From Naegleria gruberi (lineage: Eukaryota), in NCBI GenBank assembly GCA_000004985.1, contig GG738889.1: 64,000 nt of DNA. One strand, written 5' to 3'. This document shows positions 25,046-35,582 of this stretch, piece after piece (positions within the stretch are counted from its first letter, which is position 1; the number at the start of each line of letters is the position of its first letter). The notes below the pieces were generated by a model. The model searched no databases. It was given only the letters and a program-made list of their open reading frames with translations, and was not told the origin of the DNA. The position numbers and the translations under genes were made by a program.

Positions 25046-26029
25046 ATGTACTCACTCCAAAAAGCTTCCCGATGCTTATTATCCAACAGCAGACAATCCC
25101 ATCTTGCCACTAGATTTCCATCATCCTTTATTACTTCATCAAATCAAGTAATTTATAGAGGATTTTCACAAACACAATTCAAGAGAAGTGAAGAAAAGAA
25201 ACAAGAGGAATCAAGATCCGAAGAACAATCACAACAACAACAGGAAGAAAAAAAGAGTTACTTTAAGAGATTGTTCTCACCAGCCAATTTGATCTTGCCA
25301 GCCGTGTTCGGAATTGTTTTATATAATTTTGCATCATATGATGTTCGTCAAAAGAAACGTGAGGCTGAATTGGAGAGTAAGTTTTCATTCTGTGATGTTG
25401 ATGATAATAGTAATAATACAATAATTCAACAATGATAATGATAATAATATTAATAATGGAATTAATTGGAATAATTAGAACAAGCAAGTAGCAAGGCTGT
25501 TAAAGCTGTAGGAGCTCCAAAACTTGGAGGTGCTTTCACTCTTGTTAATACTAAAGGAGAAGTTGTTACAGATTCTGAATTTAGAGGAAAATTCATGTTC
25601 ATGTATTTTGGATTTACTAATTGTCCTGATGTTTGTCCAACTGAAATGAAAAAGATGACAAAAGCACTTCAAAAAATTGAAAAGGAAAATCCAGAGTTGG
25701 CAGACAAGATTGTTCCAGTGTTTGTTTCATGTGATCCACCTCGTGATTCATGCACAGCTGTCATTGAATATCTTCAAGATTATCACCCAAGATTTGTTGG
25801 ATTAACTGGTACTCCAGATCAAATCAGTAGAATTTGTAAGAAATATAGAGTTTATTACAATGCTCCTGATTACAAGGAAGGATCACAAGATTACTTGGTT
25901 GACCACAGCATTTTCATTTACTTGATGGATCCATATGGTCACTTGTCTGAATATTTTGCTCAAAATACTACTGCTGATAAGATTTACGAAAGTGTTAGTA
26001 CAGCCTTAAAATCATATAAATGGGAATAA
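25046..26029 (+). CDS. SCO1: SCO1/SenC cytochrome-oxidase copper-chaperone, mitochondrial (~294 aa): join(25046..25376,25479..26029)
   Basis: Mitochondrial presequence and TM anchor, then a thioredoxin-fold region with the CPDVCP copper site (FMYFGFTNCPDVCPTE) and the DYLVDHSIFIYLMDP motif. A 102-nt AT-rich intron (GTAAGT...TTAG) in phase 1 joins the two ORFs. Confidence 0.85.
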
Positions 26030-26150
26030 ATTATTTCTTTAAATTTTCAAGGATTTAAATTTTTTCATTCCATTACATTTTGATTTTGAATTCTTTTACA
26101 ACATGAAGAGATATTTGTGGCATGTTCAAAATCAAAATTAATTTAAAAAA

Positions 26151-26777
26151 ATGATAGAAGAGAAAGCTCAACCAATTTCCGAAGAATTATTGCACAGTAC
26201 CAGATGGCTACAATTAAAAACCCTCACCTACCAAGATGAATCTAAAACAATTAGAAAATGGGATTGTGTAGAGAGATCAACAAGAACAAGCGATATTGAT
26301 GGAGTTGATATTATTGCTACTCTTGATGCAATTCCCGAAAGTGATCAGGAAGAAGGTGGAAAATATGTTATCCTCATTTCACAATATCGTCCTCCAATGA
26401 GAAATTATTGTATTGAATTTCCAGCTGGTTTGAGTGATGCTGGTGAGACTGCCGAAGAAACTGCTAGAAGAGAAATGCTTGAGGAAACTGGACTAATGGT
26501 TGAAAAGGTTAATAGAGTTTCGCCAATATTGGGAATGGAAGTTGGGTTAACCAATGCTAATTGTAAAATAATTTATTGTCAAGTACAATCTATCAAAATT
26601 TCAGAAAGACCAAAGCAACAATTGGAAGATGATGAAAACATTACTATTCACTTTGTAAAATTATCAAATATTATGGAAAAATTGGAGGAATTTGCCAAGT
26701 TGGGATTTACTATTGATGCCAAGGTTTGGACTTTTGCTTTTGGAATTGAACAAGCCTCATTATTTACAAAACAGTAA
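26151..26777 (+). CDS. Nudix hydrolase, ADP-ribose pyrophosphatase type (NUDT5/YSA1-like), 208 aa
   Basis: Nudix box GETAEETARREMLEETG preceded by ISQYRPPMRNYCIEFPAGL, matching NUDT5. Confidence 0.8.
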   Translation: MIEEKAQPISEELLHSTRWLQLKTLTYQDESKTIRKWDCVERSTRTSDIDGVDIIATLDAIPESDQEEGGKYVILISQYRPPMRNYCIEFPAGLSDAGETAEETARREMLEETGLMVEKVNRVSPILGMEVGLTNANCKIIYCQVQSIKISERPKQQLEDDENITIHFVKLSNIMEKLEEFAKLGFTIDAKVWTFAFGIEQASLFTKQ

Positions 26778-26787
26778 AATGGATTTA

Positions 26788-29700
26788 TTAATCTAGTAAG
26801 TCAACTTCAGTAAATTTAACTGAACTATTTGCATCCTCCAATTTTTGAAGTTTGAGTGGAGGAACCTTATTGTATGTAGCTGAAAGAGTTGGATGGACTT
26901 GTTCTTCTGTAGCTTCTGAAAGCTCAAGAGGGGTTTCTTCATATTTATGAACAACTACACTGTTCGATTTTACAAAAACTTGTCCACCACCATAGGTTAC
27001 CTCACCAGAAGTTGATGTAACTTTTTGAGTCTTTCTAGCTCCATACCAAATGCAGAAGAAAATTGATGCAAGAGTTACGCACAGACATAATGCAAACATT
27101 ACAGTGGAGAGCACAACACCTGCTACATATGTGAATGAATGATATACTGTTGTTACTGTTTCCATGATGAAAACATTTGTTAATTGTTTACATCTGCATA
27201 CAGCATATGTATCATTCATTGATAGCATTATGCAATCAACTGCAACCTCTGTTGAACCATCATCAAAATTGCCACAAGAATATCTTACTTCTTGTTCTAT
27301 ATAATCTAATGTAGTGTGAATAACTTCATGGATTGCAATAGATTTGTTGATAGGAATTTCATAAACCAAATATTGCGAATTAACTGGAATAGACAAATCA
27401 ATTAGTTTAAGGGAAACAATTGGTGAAACTAAGCTAGACATTTGATAGGTTTGTGAATCGACTTTTTGGGAGATTGTTAACTTTGTGTTCAAAGAAAATA
27501 CATCAATTGAACTTGAGAAAATATATACAAATGGTTTCTTGAAAAGTGTAGTAACCTGAGGACTGAAATCAAAGATGTAGTTTTCCATTTGAACAGATGC
27601 CTTACTAACATCATCATGAATTGAGGTAGGCATGTCAAATATTGTGTGTCTATTTACAGTCATCGAGTAGAATGACCCTGTCTTTTGTTGTTTCTTACTT
27701 CCCACAACAATATTTCGTCCAATTAAACAAGTGGACAATTTGAGAGCTGACAATAATCTACGAGAGTTGGTTGATTGATCTACAAAGTATTGTCTATTGA
27801 TGATATAACTATAAGCAGATTCTACACTACTGACAAGCAATGTTTCAATCTCTGGAGCTAATTTAAGATTTGGATCAGCCAAAGCATACTCAAGGAACAT
27901 ATTCAATGTGAAAAGCGATTCTGATATTGTTTTGGAATTGAGCAATTGGTAATTGATCAACAGAGAGTCAATTGAGAATGATAACAAGGAGAGATAGTAA
28001 TCATTTACGAATCCGTCAGTACTATTCGCAATGTAAATCATATCTCTGAGTACTATCATCTTGGTTCCTTGAATATCAGAAAAAGCTTGAATAGAATCTG
28101 AGCAATCAGATCCAATCCAACCATCTTCACATTTACAGACACCTGAAATGTCTCTTCCATGAATACACTCTATAGTTCTTTTTACTGGTTTGGATGATAC
28201 ACTGTACAGTTTCTTTAAAAGCTGTTGTAACAAGACAGAGTCAGTTCTTGAGGTTGTAGCTGATTGATAGAAGCTTGAACTAAATTCTCCCTTAGAGGTA
28301 AATTCAGAACTCTTCTCAGCCCATTCCTTAACAATTTTAGAGGCATCTGAAAAATCACTAATGACTGGCTTTGAAATGGTCAAATTTTGATAAGTAGTTA
28401 TTGAGGCACCAGTAACTGTTTGAATCACCTCAAAGTAACACGTTAAGGTAGAACCACTGAAAGGAGCTGGAAGCTTTGAAGAGTAAATGTCACCAAACTT
28501 GTAGAGCTCAATTTTTGATCCTGATCTATCATCAATGAATCCGTACTTGTAATCAATATTTGCTTCAATGTTCTTGCAGTTGGAACAGTAGAACTTGAAT
28601 TCTGTTTCTAGAGCTTGACCCTTGAGTGGTGAAATAGTACAATCACAAGGTTTTGGGGTTACAGCAATGGTGAATGAGTAACTTGATTGAGTTGAAAAAC
28701 CAGTCTTTTTGTCAAAAATAATGCATGTCACAACATTGGTTGAACCTTCTTCGAGCTGTTTGGTGTCAATAATAATTGTGATTGTCTTGTCAATTGTTGT
28801 GTTACTACAAGAGGTGTTTTGTAAAACAGCTCCATTCAGCAACCAGGTAGCATTCACAGAGGAAGATTCAGCATAAAGCAGGGCTTGAATTGACAAAAAT
28901 TGTCCAGGAAGTAAAATAGAGGAGGAAGGCTCGATATGAAGAATGTTCAATAGTGGAGGAACTTTACCAAAGAATACAGTGGTTGTCTTTTCAATTGATC
29001 GACCATCTAATTTTTCAACTCTCAGTTTAAGTTCTACAGAGGATGGGATAGTAGAGAACAATGAGCTTGACACTACAAATTCTGAAGCCTTTGTTGAGCC
29101 TGCATTGTTGAGCAAATTAACTAGTTCAGGACTTGTGTTATCCAAACAGGTCCAAGTCCATGTTTCAATTGAGCTATCATGCAATGACATTTCTGGGTCT
29201 AAATAATCAACTTCAATAGTGGTATGGTATTTGGTAGATTCACTTTGAATAATGCTAAGAATGAGGTCAGGTGACTTTGTTACAATATTAACGATAGTGG
29301 ATGCTTTCAATGATGGGTTGGAAGCATAAAAAGCTGACACCTCAAAAGTGTAATTTTGAGTCCCAAACTTGCTAACAGAAGGAATGAACAAGTTATTGTA
29401 AGAGTCTGAACTGAATGTTATGGCTGAGCCACTCAACTTGGTCCATTCCACTTGCAATACGTCACTATCACTTTGACATACAGAAGGTGTAATCACTTTC
29501 TTTACAGTGAGAGGGAATTGGTTTGTATACTTTACAATTGTCTCTCCCTTATTGCTTGTACTGAGTAGAGGAAGTGGTTTTACTGCTTTGGTGAATCTCT
29601 TGGAAGACACAGTGCTACTCACCAAATTTAACCACTTACTTTTAACATAGAGGGTCATAATGTAGTCACCAGCTGTAAGAGAAGAATCAAGTGTAAAGAT

Positions 29701-30663
29701 GGATTGTCCTTGTAATATTGAGACAGGATTCATGGTTGTAGCATCTAGAAGTGACCAATAATACAATAATTGCTTGCCATCTATGGAATAGCTCGAAGAG
29801 CCATCAATAGTGATTGTGTCGCAAGAACTATAGATATCTGTACTGGCCATTTGAATGATAGCTTTTGGTGGTGAAATATTTTGAGGTACATTCACAGTCA
29901 ATGGCATGTATTGTTGATGGATTTGCTCATTTTCAAAAGCAAGATCATTAATTTGAATTGTTGTCTCTCCTGGTTGAATATCATAATCAACAGAACCAAA
30001 AGATATCATAAAGAGTCCGCTAACCTTATCTAAATATTGGCACTTGATGTTTGTTATCGAGCCATACACATTCTTGCTAATGTCAGAGGGATGTAGTAAG
30101 GATGAGCATGGAACATCCTTTTCGATAAAGTCATAAGGTGAATGCAGATAAAAGGTTATACCCTTAAAATCTGACGATATCACTGCTGGTCCTACAACCC
30201 TTGATGAACACTTCTCACCATGATACTCTGATTGACATGAACTACATGAACGGCCTGTCCAAAATCCCTCCTTAATACTTGAGTGGCATTCACATTCTCC
30301 CTTAATATTGCACTCTCCATGACCAGTGCAATTAATAATTCTATCGCAAAAAGTTGGCGATATTTCCAATTGACAATTACTACCCTCATAACCACTCGAA
30401 CAAGAACAGTTATTCAATGAAATACATGCTCCTCTCCCTGAACAAACACTCGTATCATTTGCTCTCATTCCCTCACATGTAATACTGTCCTCACCTAGCT
30501 TATTCAATTTACATTCAATCCTAGAAGAATTTAATAACACTAGCAGCACAGCCATCAAAGTTAAAAATATTATCGAAAAACCTGTCGTACGAGACGATGA
30601 TGGCTTGGTGTTATGATTGATTAAGGCGGCGAAAATAGCCCTGCCGCGAATTGGCTGCGTCAT
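26788..30663 (-). CDS. Giant type-I membrane glycoprotein: signal/anchor, EGF-like Cys-rich modules, REJ-like repeat region, GPS/GAIN-like motif and a single C-terminal TM (~1290 aa)
   Basis: N-terminal hydrophobic segment, EGF-like modules (CSGRGACISLNNCSCSSGYEGSNCQ; CKCEDGWIGSDCS), and ~800 aa of beta-rich repeats carrying YYWSL / TWTWTC / ATWLL motifs typical of REJ modules. A juxtamembrane GPS-like motif (C.C..LT.F: AVCRCKQLTNVF) sits directly before the TM (VAGVVLSTVMFALCLCVTLASIFFCIW), followed by a short cytoplasmic tail. The track start at 30714 is a GTG; the ATG is at 30663. Confidence 0.6.
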   Translation of the reverse strand: MTQPIRGRAIFAALINHNTKPSSSRTTGFSIIFLTLMAVLLVLLNSSRIECKLNKLGEDSITCEGMRANDTSVCSGRGACISLNNCSCSSGYEGSNCQLEISPTFCDRIINCTGHGECNIKGECECHSSIKEGFWTGRSCSSCQSEYHGEKCSSRVVGPAVISSDFKGITFYLHSPYDFIEKDVPCSSLLHPSDISKNVYGSITNIKCQYLDKVSGLFMISFGSVDYDIQPGETTIQINDLAFENEQIHQQYMPLTVNVPQNISPPKAIIQMASTDIYSSCDTITIDGSSSYSIDGKQLLYYWSLLDATTMNPVSILQGQSIFTLDSSLTAGDYIMTLYVKSKWLNLVSSTVSSKRFTKAVKPLPLLSTSNKGETIVKYTNQFPLTVKKVITPSVCQSDSDVLQVEWTKLSGSAITFSSDSYNNLFIPSVSKFGTQNYTFEVSAFYASNPSLKASTIVNIVTKSPDLILSIIQSESTKYHTTIEVDYLDPEMSLHDSSIETWTWTCLDNTSPELVNLLNNAGSTKASEFVVSSSLFSTIPSSVELKLRVEKLDGRSIEKTTTVFFGKVPPLLNILHIEPSSSILLPGQFLSIQALLYAESSSVNATWLLNGAVLQNTSCSNTTIDKTITIIIDTKQLEEGSTNVVTCIIFDKKTGFSTQSSYSFTIAVTPKPCDCTISPLKGQALETEFKFYCSNCKNIEANIDYKYGFIDDRSGSKIELYKFGDIYSSKLPAPFSGSTLTCYFEVIQTVTGASITTYQNLTISKPVISDFSDASKIVKEWAEKSSEFTSKGEFSSSFYQSATTSRTDSVLLQQLLKKLYSVSSKPVKRTIECIHGRDISGVCKCEDGWIGSDCSDSIQAFSDIQGTKMIVLRDMIYIANSTDGFVNDYYLSLLSFSIDSLLINYQLLNSKTISESLFTLNMFLEYALADPNLKLAPEIETLLVSSVESAYSYIINRQYFVDQSTNSRRLLSALKLSTCLIGRNIVVGSKKQQKTGSFYSMTVNRHTIFDMPTSIHDDVSKASVQMENYIFDFSPQVTTLFKKPFVYIFSSSIDVFSLNTKLTISQKVDSQTYQMSSLVSPIVSLKLIDLSIPVNSQYLVYEIPINKSIAIHEVIHTTLDYIEQEVRYSCGNFDDGSTEVAVDCIMLSMNDTYAVCRCKQLTNVFIMETVTTVYHSFTYVAGVVLSTVMFALCLCVTLASIFFCIWYGARKTQKVTSTSGEVTYGGGQVFVKSNSVVVHKYEETPLELSEATEEQVHPTLSATYNKVPPLKLQKLEDANSSVKFTEVDLLD

Positions 30664-30887
30664 TGTTGATGTGTTTTTTTGTGGTGGGAAAAGCTGTTGT
30701 TTATAATATCGCACTTCTTTCTCTTAAGCGAACTAGTCACAGCCAATGCTGATTCATTTTTGAAAATTGTAGGACATTTAAGGAAGATGATTCATTTAGA
30801 AATTTTGCCAATGAACCAGTGGCAATAAGGAAAAAACAGTCTTGCATTAAAACAAATATTAAAAAAAATAAAAATTGAAAGAAAAAA

Positions 30888-31940
30888 ATGCAGAGAATGG
30901 TGTGGAGAGGAGGAGCGATTGTTTTTGGAGGAATGTTGGGTTATTTCGGAAAGAATTATTTGAGAGATTTTAAAAAAGAGTTTTTAGAAAAGAAGATGCA
31001 AGTAGATCACTTGTTGTTTACTAGTAAATTGTTAAAGTTTAGGAAATTTTCTAATGGTGATCCGATGGTAGAAGATATTGATTGTAAATATTTGGAATTG
31101 ATTAGTGATTATTTGGTTTTTAATTTAAAATCATTACCTATGGATGATGGTAATTTGAAAAGAAATATTTCTAGTGGAACTTGTTTTGTGACAAGTCCAA
31201 TGAATGATCCATCTTGTGAATATATTTATTTGGTGACTGCTGCACACTGTGTTATAAATAAGGAGGGAAAGGCAAAGAAAGTTGGACTCATTCCAAAGAA
31301 TAAGGAAGGTTCCATATCAAATCAAAAACTAAAATCGAATAGTGGAGAGTTAATCGAGTGTCAAATAATTTGTTGTGAATATGATGGAGATAGAGATGTG
31401 GATTTTGCAATTATGAAATGTTCTAGGAAGGAATTTTTGGAAAAGAATGGGTTTACTGAGATACCTAGTCAATATTTTGTGCCTAAGATTGGTGAATTTA
31501 AAGAAAATGATGATAATTTGAATAATATAATAGTTGGATATCCTTCAAAGTATAAAGAATATAGAGATAAGCGAGTACTAGATTATACTTTTGAAAAATT
31601 GAATGGGTTAATGATGACATATCAAAAGAGACCAGTATTTTCTTTTGGAAGATATTTAAGAACGGAAAAGAGTAACTCAGAGAAGGCAGATATCACTATT
31701 TTTACGAACACCATCAATAAGGGATTCAGTGGCGGTCCTTCCATTGAATGGAGAGGTAATACATCTCAAAATGATACACTCCCTAAATTTCATGGTATTG
31801 TGGCATTGTTTGATGATGCTGGATATGGATCTTTTAATGTTTCGAATGAAGAATTTAGGCAGGCTTACTTTTCACATATTGAAATTCCTTCAACAACTGG
31901 TCTAGATATAAAGAAAGCCATCGAGGAATATAGAAAATAA
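30888..31940 (+). CDS. Membrane-anchored trypsin/chymotrypsin-fold serine peptidase (350 aa)
   Basis: N-terminal TM (GGAIVFGGMLGYFG). Catalytic triad contexts: LVTAAHCV (His), DFAIMKC (Asp), NKGFSGGPS (Ser, GDSGGP-like). No PDZ or other accessory domain. Confidence 0.55.
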   Translation: MQRMVWRGGAIVFGGMLGYFGKNYLRDFKKEFLEKKMQVDHLLFTSKLLKFRKFSNGDPMVEDIDCKYLELISDYLVFNLKSLPMDDGNLKRNISSGTCFVTSPMNDPSCEYIYLVTAAHCVINKEGKAKKVGLIPKNKEGSISNQKLKSNSGELIECQIICCEYDGDRDVDFAIMKCSRKEFLEKNGFTEIPSQYFVPKIGEFKENDDNLNNIIVGYPSKYKEYRDKRVLDYTFEKLNGLMMTYQKRPVFSFGRYLRTEKSNSEKADITIFTNTINKGFSGGPSIEWRGNTSQNDTLPKFHGIVALFDDAGYGSFNVSNEEFRQAYFSHIEIPSTTGLDIKKAIEEYRK

Positions 31941-31941
31941 T

Positions 31942-32988
31942 TTATTGACTATGCTTTACTTTGAAAGCAATGAAAGGAATTTTCTTTCTGTCACTCGTGT
32001 ATGCTCTCTCAATAATCTCGTAATCGGTCGCCACTAATTGGTGTTCAGCCAAAATTCTATCCAAAATTTGTCTATTATAAAGTCTGTGACCATCCTTATC
32101 TACTTCCACTTGAGTTTCATTCTCATTTGGTTGGTATTGGGTGGTAAGAAGCATTTGTCCTTCCTTTTTCAAAAGTCTCCTGAATTCTGGAAGTGTAACT
32201 GTTTCAAAATTGGAAAGAAATTCAATTGCACCCAAGCAAGAAATTAAATCAAATGAATTATCTGGAATCATGTCTATTTTTTTATCGAGGTCATGACAAG
32301 CCATTCCAATATTAAACAAATCTGGTCCTTTTTCCAGAGCTTTTTGTAACATGCCAGTAGAAATATCGAGACCCATCAGACTTGATTCTATTCCAAAACT
32401 CTTACTCTTTTCATGTAAGCTTGATGCTGTATAACCTCCCCCACAAGCACAATCCAAAATTGAAATTTTTCTCGTCGACTTACTCAATTCACTCATAAAT
32501 TGGGCAGAACTTCTCTCCAACCATTCAATCACACTCTTATATCCAGAAATTGTCATAATGACATCCCAGTGAGGTGAACTCTCATCAAAAAGTTCCACAA
32601 TTTCCTTTTTTTCATTACTCATTTCATTTCCTCCAACTTTTGTCGTCAAAAAACTAATAATTTGTCGGTTTCCATTCCTTTTCAATTCCACTCTATAAAC
32701 TCTAGTATGTTCTCCACAATAAATCTCTGCAAAATTATTTTGATTTTCTCCTTGTGAATTATTCATCACAGCACATTGTACCATTGAAAAAATCTTAAAT
32801 GTTGATTGTTTTAAAATTCCATCATTAATATAATTTAAAAGTTCCTTTCTTTCCGAATCATTAATTGGTGCTGAAGAGTAGAATCGTGAATTTAATTTGC
32901 CAATATTATTCATCAAAACATGATTCCGAATTGAATTAATTCTTCTGTTGTTGTGATGATAAAAAATGGAACGAATGGCTTTTTGCAT
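31942..32988 (-). CDS. Class I SAM-dependent methyltransferase with a mitochondrial-type presequence (348 aa)
   Basis: Motif I ILDCACGGGYTAS, motif post-I LMGLDIS, motif II DLISCLGAIEFL. Basic, Ser/Arg-rich N-terminus. Confidence 0.6.
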   Translation of the reverse strand: MQKAIRSIFYHHNNRRINSIRNHVLMNNIGKLNSRFYSSAPINDSERKELLNYINDGILKQSTFKIFSMVQCAVMNNSQGENQNNFAEIYCGEHTRVYRVELKRNGNRQIISFLTTKVGGNEMSNEKKEIVELFDESSPHWDVIMTISGYKSVIEWLERSSAQFMSELSKSTRKISILDCACGGGYTASSLHEKSKSFGIESSLMGLDISTGMLQKALEKGPDLFNIGMACHDLDKKIDMIPDNSFDLISCLGAIEFLSNFETVTLPEFRRLLKKEGQMLLTTQYQPNENETQVEVDKDGHRLYNRQILDRILAEHQLVATDYEIIERAYTSDRKKIPFIAFKVKHSQ

Positions 32989-33367
32989 TTTTTTACATTA
33001 TAGTTTTAAATTAATATTTAAATATTAAAAGTCTCACATGGGAAGTCTTGGTGTCAGCCCAAAAGTTTTCACATTACAGCCAATATATCTTGAACAAGCT
33101 AATACGAGAATATGGTTGAGCTTGTTCAATACGAACTATTGTAATAAATGTTTCCAAAAAACCTTAAAGGAATCACCATTACAACTTCAACAGTCCTTTT
33201 GGAAACCTTTCCAAACACGGAAACATTGTTGTTTTCGCGTTTTTCTCAAATTCTCCATGCATGCTTGTGATTTTTCCCACCAAAAAAAAAAGATCCATTA
33301 CTCGATCTCTCAAACTTTCAAAGGCTTTGAAAAATCCTGTCGTTCCAAACAACTCCCAAAGCACAAC

Positions 33368-35577
33368 ATGTCTGCCTCCTCTTTTTGTTTGAAAAATGTT
33401 TCATCTCTTGTTTCAAAGAGAAAAATTGCTCCGAGAAAGTTAATCTCCACTAACAAACAAGCTACCACCACTTCAGTAGTAGGATCGAGAAACTTTTCAT
33501 ATAGTATTTCGAGTTTACAATACCAAACTATGGTACATAAGATTTTACAACAATATGCACCTCAAGATCATGGTTTGGTGAGTTCTGGAGATTATTTGCA
33601 AATTACTCCTCATCATATTTTGACTCATGACAATACAAGGTTAGTAGAACAATGAGGAATTGCAATTTAATATTAATTGTGACCTTTTTCAGTGCTGTGA
33701 TGATTAAATTCAAAGCATTCTTTGAGGAAAGTAAGAAACCATTGAAATTCTCCAATCCAAAACAACCAGTTTTTGCTCTTGACCACAATATTCAAGACAC
33801 TTCAGATGCCAATCTTGTAAAATATAAGAAAATTGAACAATTTGCTAAGGATAATGGAGTTGTTTTTTATCCAGCTGGAAGAGGTATTGGTCACCAAGTT
33901 ATGATTGAAGAAGGTTATGCCTGGCCATTGACATTCACTACTGCTAGTGATTCTCACTCAAATATGTACGGTGGTATTGGTTGTTTGGGTACTCCAGTTG
34001 TCAGAACTGATGCTGCTGCCATTTGGGCAACAGGATCCACTTGGTGGCAAGTTCCACCAGTCACTAGAGTTGAATTGACTGGAAAATTGAGAGAAGGTGT
34101 CAGTGGAAAGGATGTTATTATTACATTGTGTGGAATTTTCAATCAGGATGATGTTTTGAATCATTGTGTGGAATTTGTAGGAGAAGGAGTTTCTTCATTA
34201 TCAATTGATGAAAGATTATCAATTGCTAACATGTAGGTTTTTGAACTATTTCAGTAGATATTAAACAAATTTAATAGGACCACTGAATGGGGTGCTCTTG
34301 CTGGTGTTTTTCCAGTCGATGAGAAGACCATTGATTGGCTTAAAAAGTCTCAAAAATCTGAAAAGGCCAATGATATTAAGGAATTGGAAAATAATTACAA
34401 GAAGTATTTACCAGATTCTGATGCTAAATATGTTCAAACCTTGACTTTGGATCTTGGAAGTGTTGAACCTCACGTTTCTGGCCCAAACCACGTCAAGGTC
34501 ATGTCAAGTGTTAGAGAAATCACCAAGAAGAATATTAAGGTCCACAAGGCTTACATTGTATCATGTGTTAACAGTAGAGTTAACGATTTACATCAAGCTG
34601 CCAACGTCATCAGAAAGAGTTCAAAGAAGACTATTGCTGAAGGAGTTGAACTGTACATTTCAGCTGCCAGTGACAAGGTTCAGAAGGAAAGTGAAAGACT
34701 TGGCGATTGGCAAGTTTTGGTTCAAGCTGGTGCCAAGGTTCTTCCACCAGGTTGTGGCCCATGTATTGGATTGGGTGCTGGTTTGTTAGAAGATGGACAA
34801 GTTGGTATCTCAAGTACAAACAGAAACTTTAAGGGTAGAATGGGTTCAAGAAATGCTGAAGCTTATTTGGCCTCACCAGAAGTTGTTATGGCCAGTGCTT
34901 TGAGTGGTGTCATTACTCTTCCTGAATATTATACTGAATCTCAAGCTCCATTACCAAAATTCACCAAGACTAGTGAAAATCAATCAGAGGGAGAAAAATC
35001 AACAACCAAGATTATTGAAGGATTCCCAGAAGTTATAGAAGGAGAAGTTGTTTTTGTTCATCAAGATAACTTGAACACTGATGGTATTTATCCTGGTAAA
35101 TATACTTATAAGGAAAATATTTCTCCAGAAGAACAAGCTCAAGTAGCTATGGAAAATTATGACGTCAACTTTACCAAGATTGCCAAGAAGGGTCACGTTC
35201 TTATTGCTGGTTACAACTTTGGTACTGGTAGCTCTAGAGAACAAGCTGCCACTTGTTTGAAATTTATGGGAATTAAATTGATTGTTGGTGGTAGTTTCAG
35301 TGAAACATACAAGAGAAATGCCACAAATAATGGTTTCTTGTGTATTGAAGTTCCAGCCCTCGTTGACTACTTGAAGCAATCTGTGGGAACTACTAAGGAA
35401 ACTGTTCTCTTGGAAAATAGCAAGATTAGTATTGATTTTAGAAATTCTACCCTTGTTTTAACAACTCCAAAAGAAACTAAGGAATACTCATTCCACCCTG
35501 TTGGCCCAGTTGCTCAAGAGCTTATTGTCTCGGGAGGTTTGGAACCTTTGGTCCTTAACAAGATCAAGAGTCAATAA
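33368..35577 (+). CDS. LYS4: Homoaconitase (LYS4), mitochondrial, alpha-aminoadipate lysine pathway (~703 aa): join(33368..33639,33693..34232,34278..35577)
   Basis: Near-colinear match to fungal LYS4 across both aconitase domains ([21 protein letters not shown]; [31 protein letters not shown]; IANM|[14 protein letters not shown]; [13 protein letters not shown]; swivel-domain [14 protein letters not shown]). Two short introns (53 nt GTTAGT..CAG; 45 nt GTAGGT..ATAG) restore the frame. The track start at 33038 is upstream read-through; the ATG at 33368 gives a mitochondrial presequence. Confidence 0.9.
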
Positions 35578-35582
35578 ATCTT

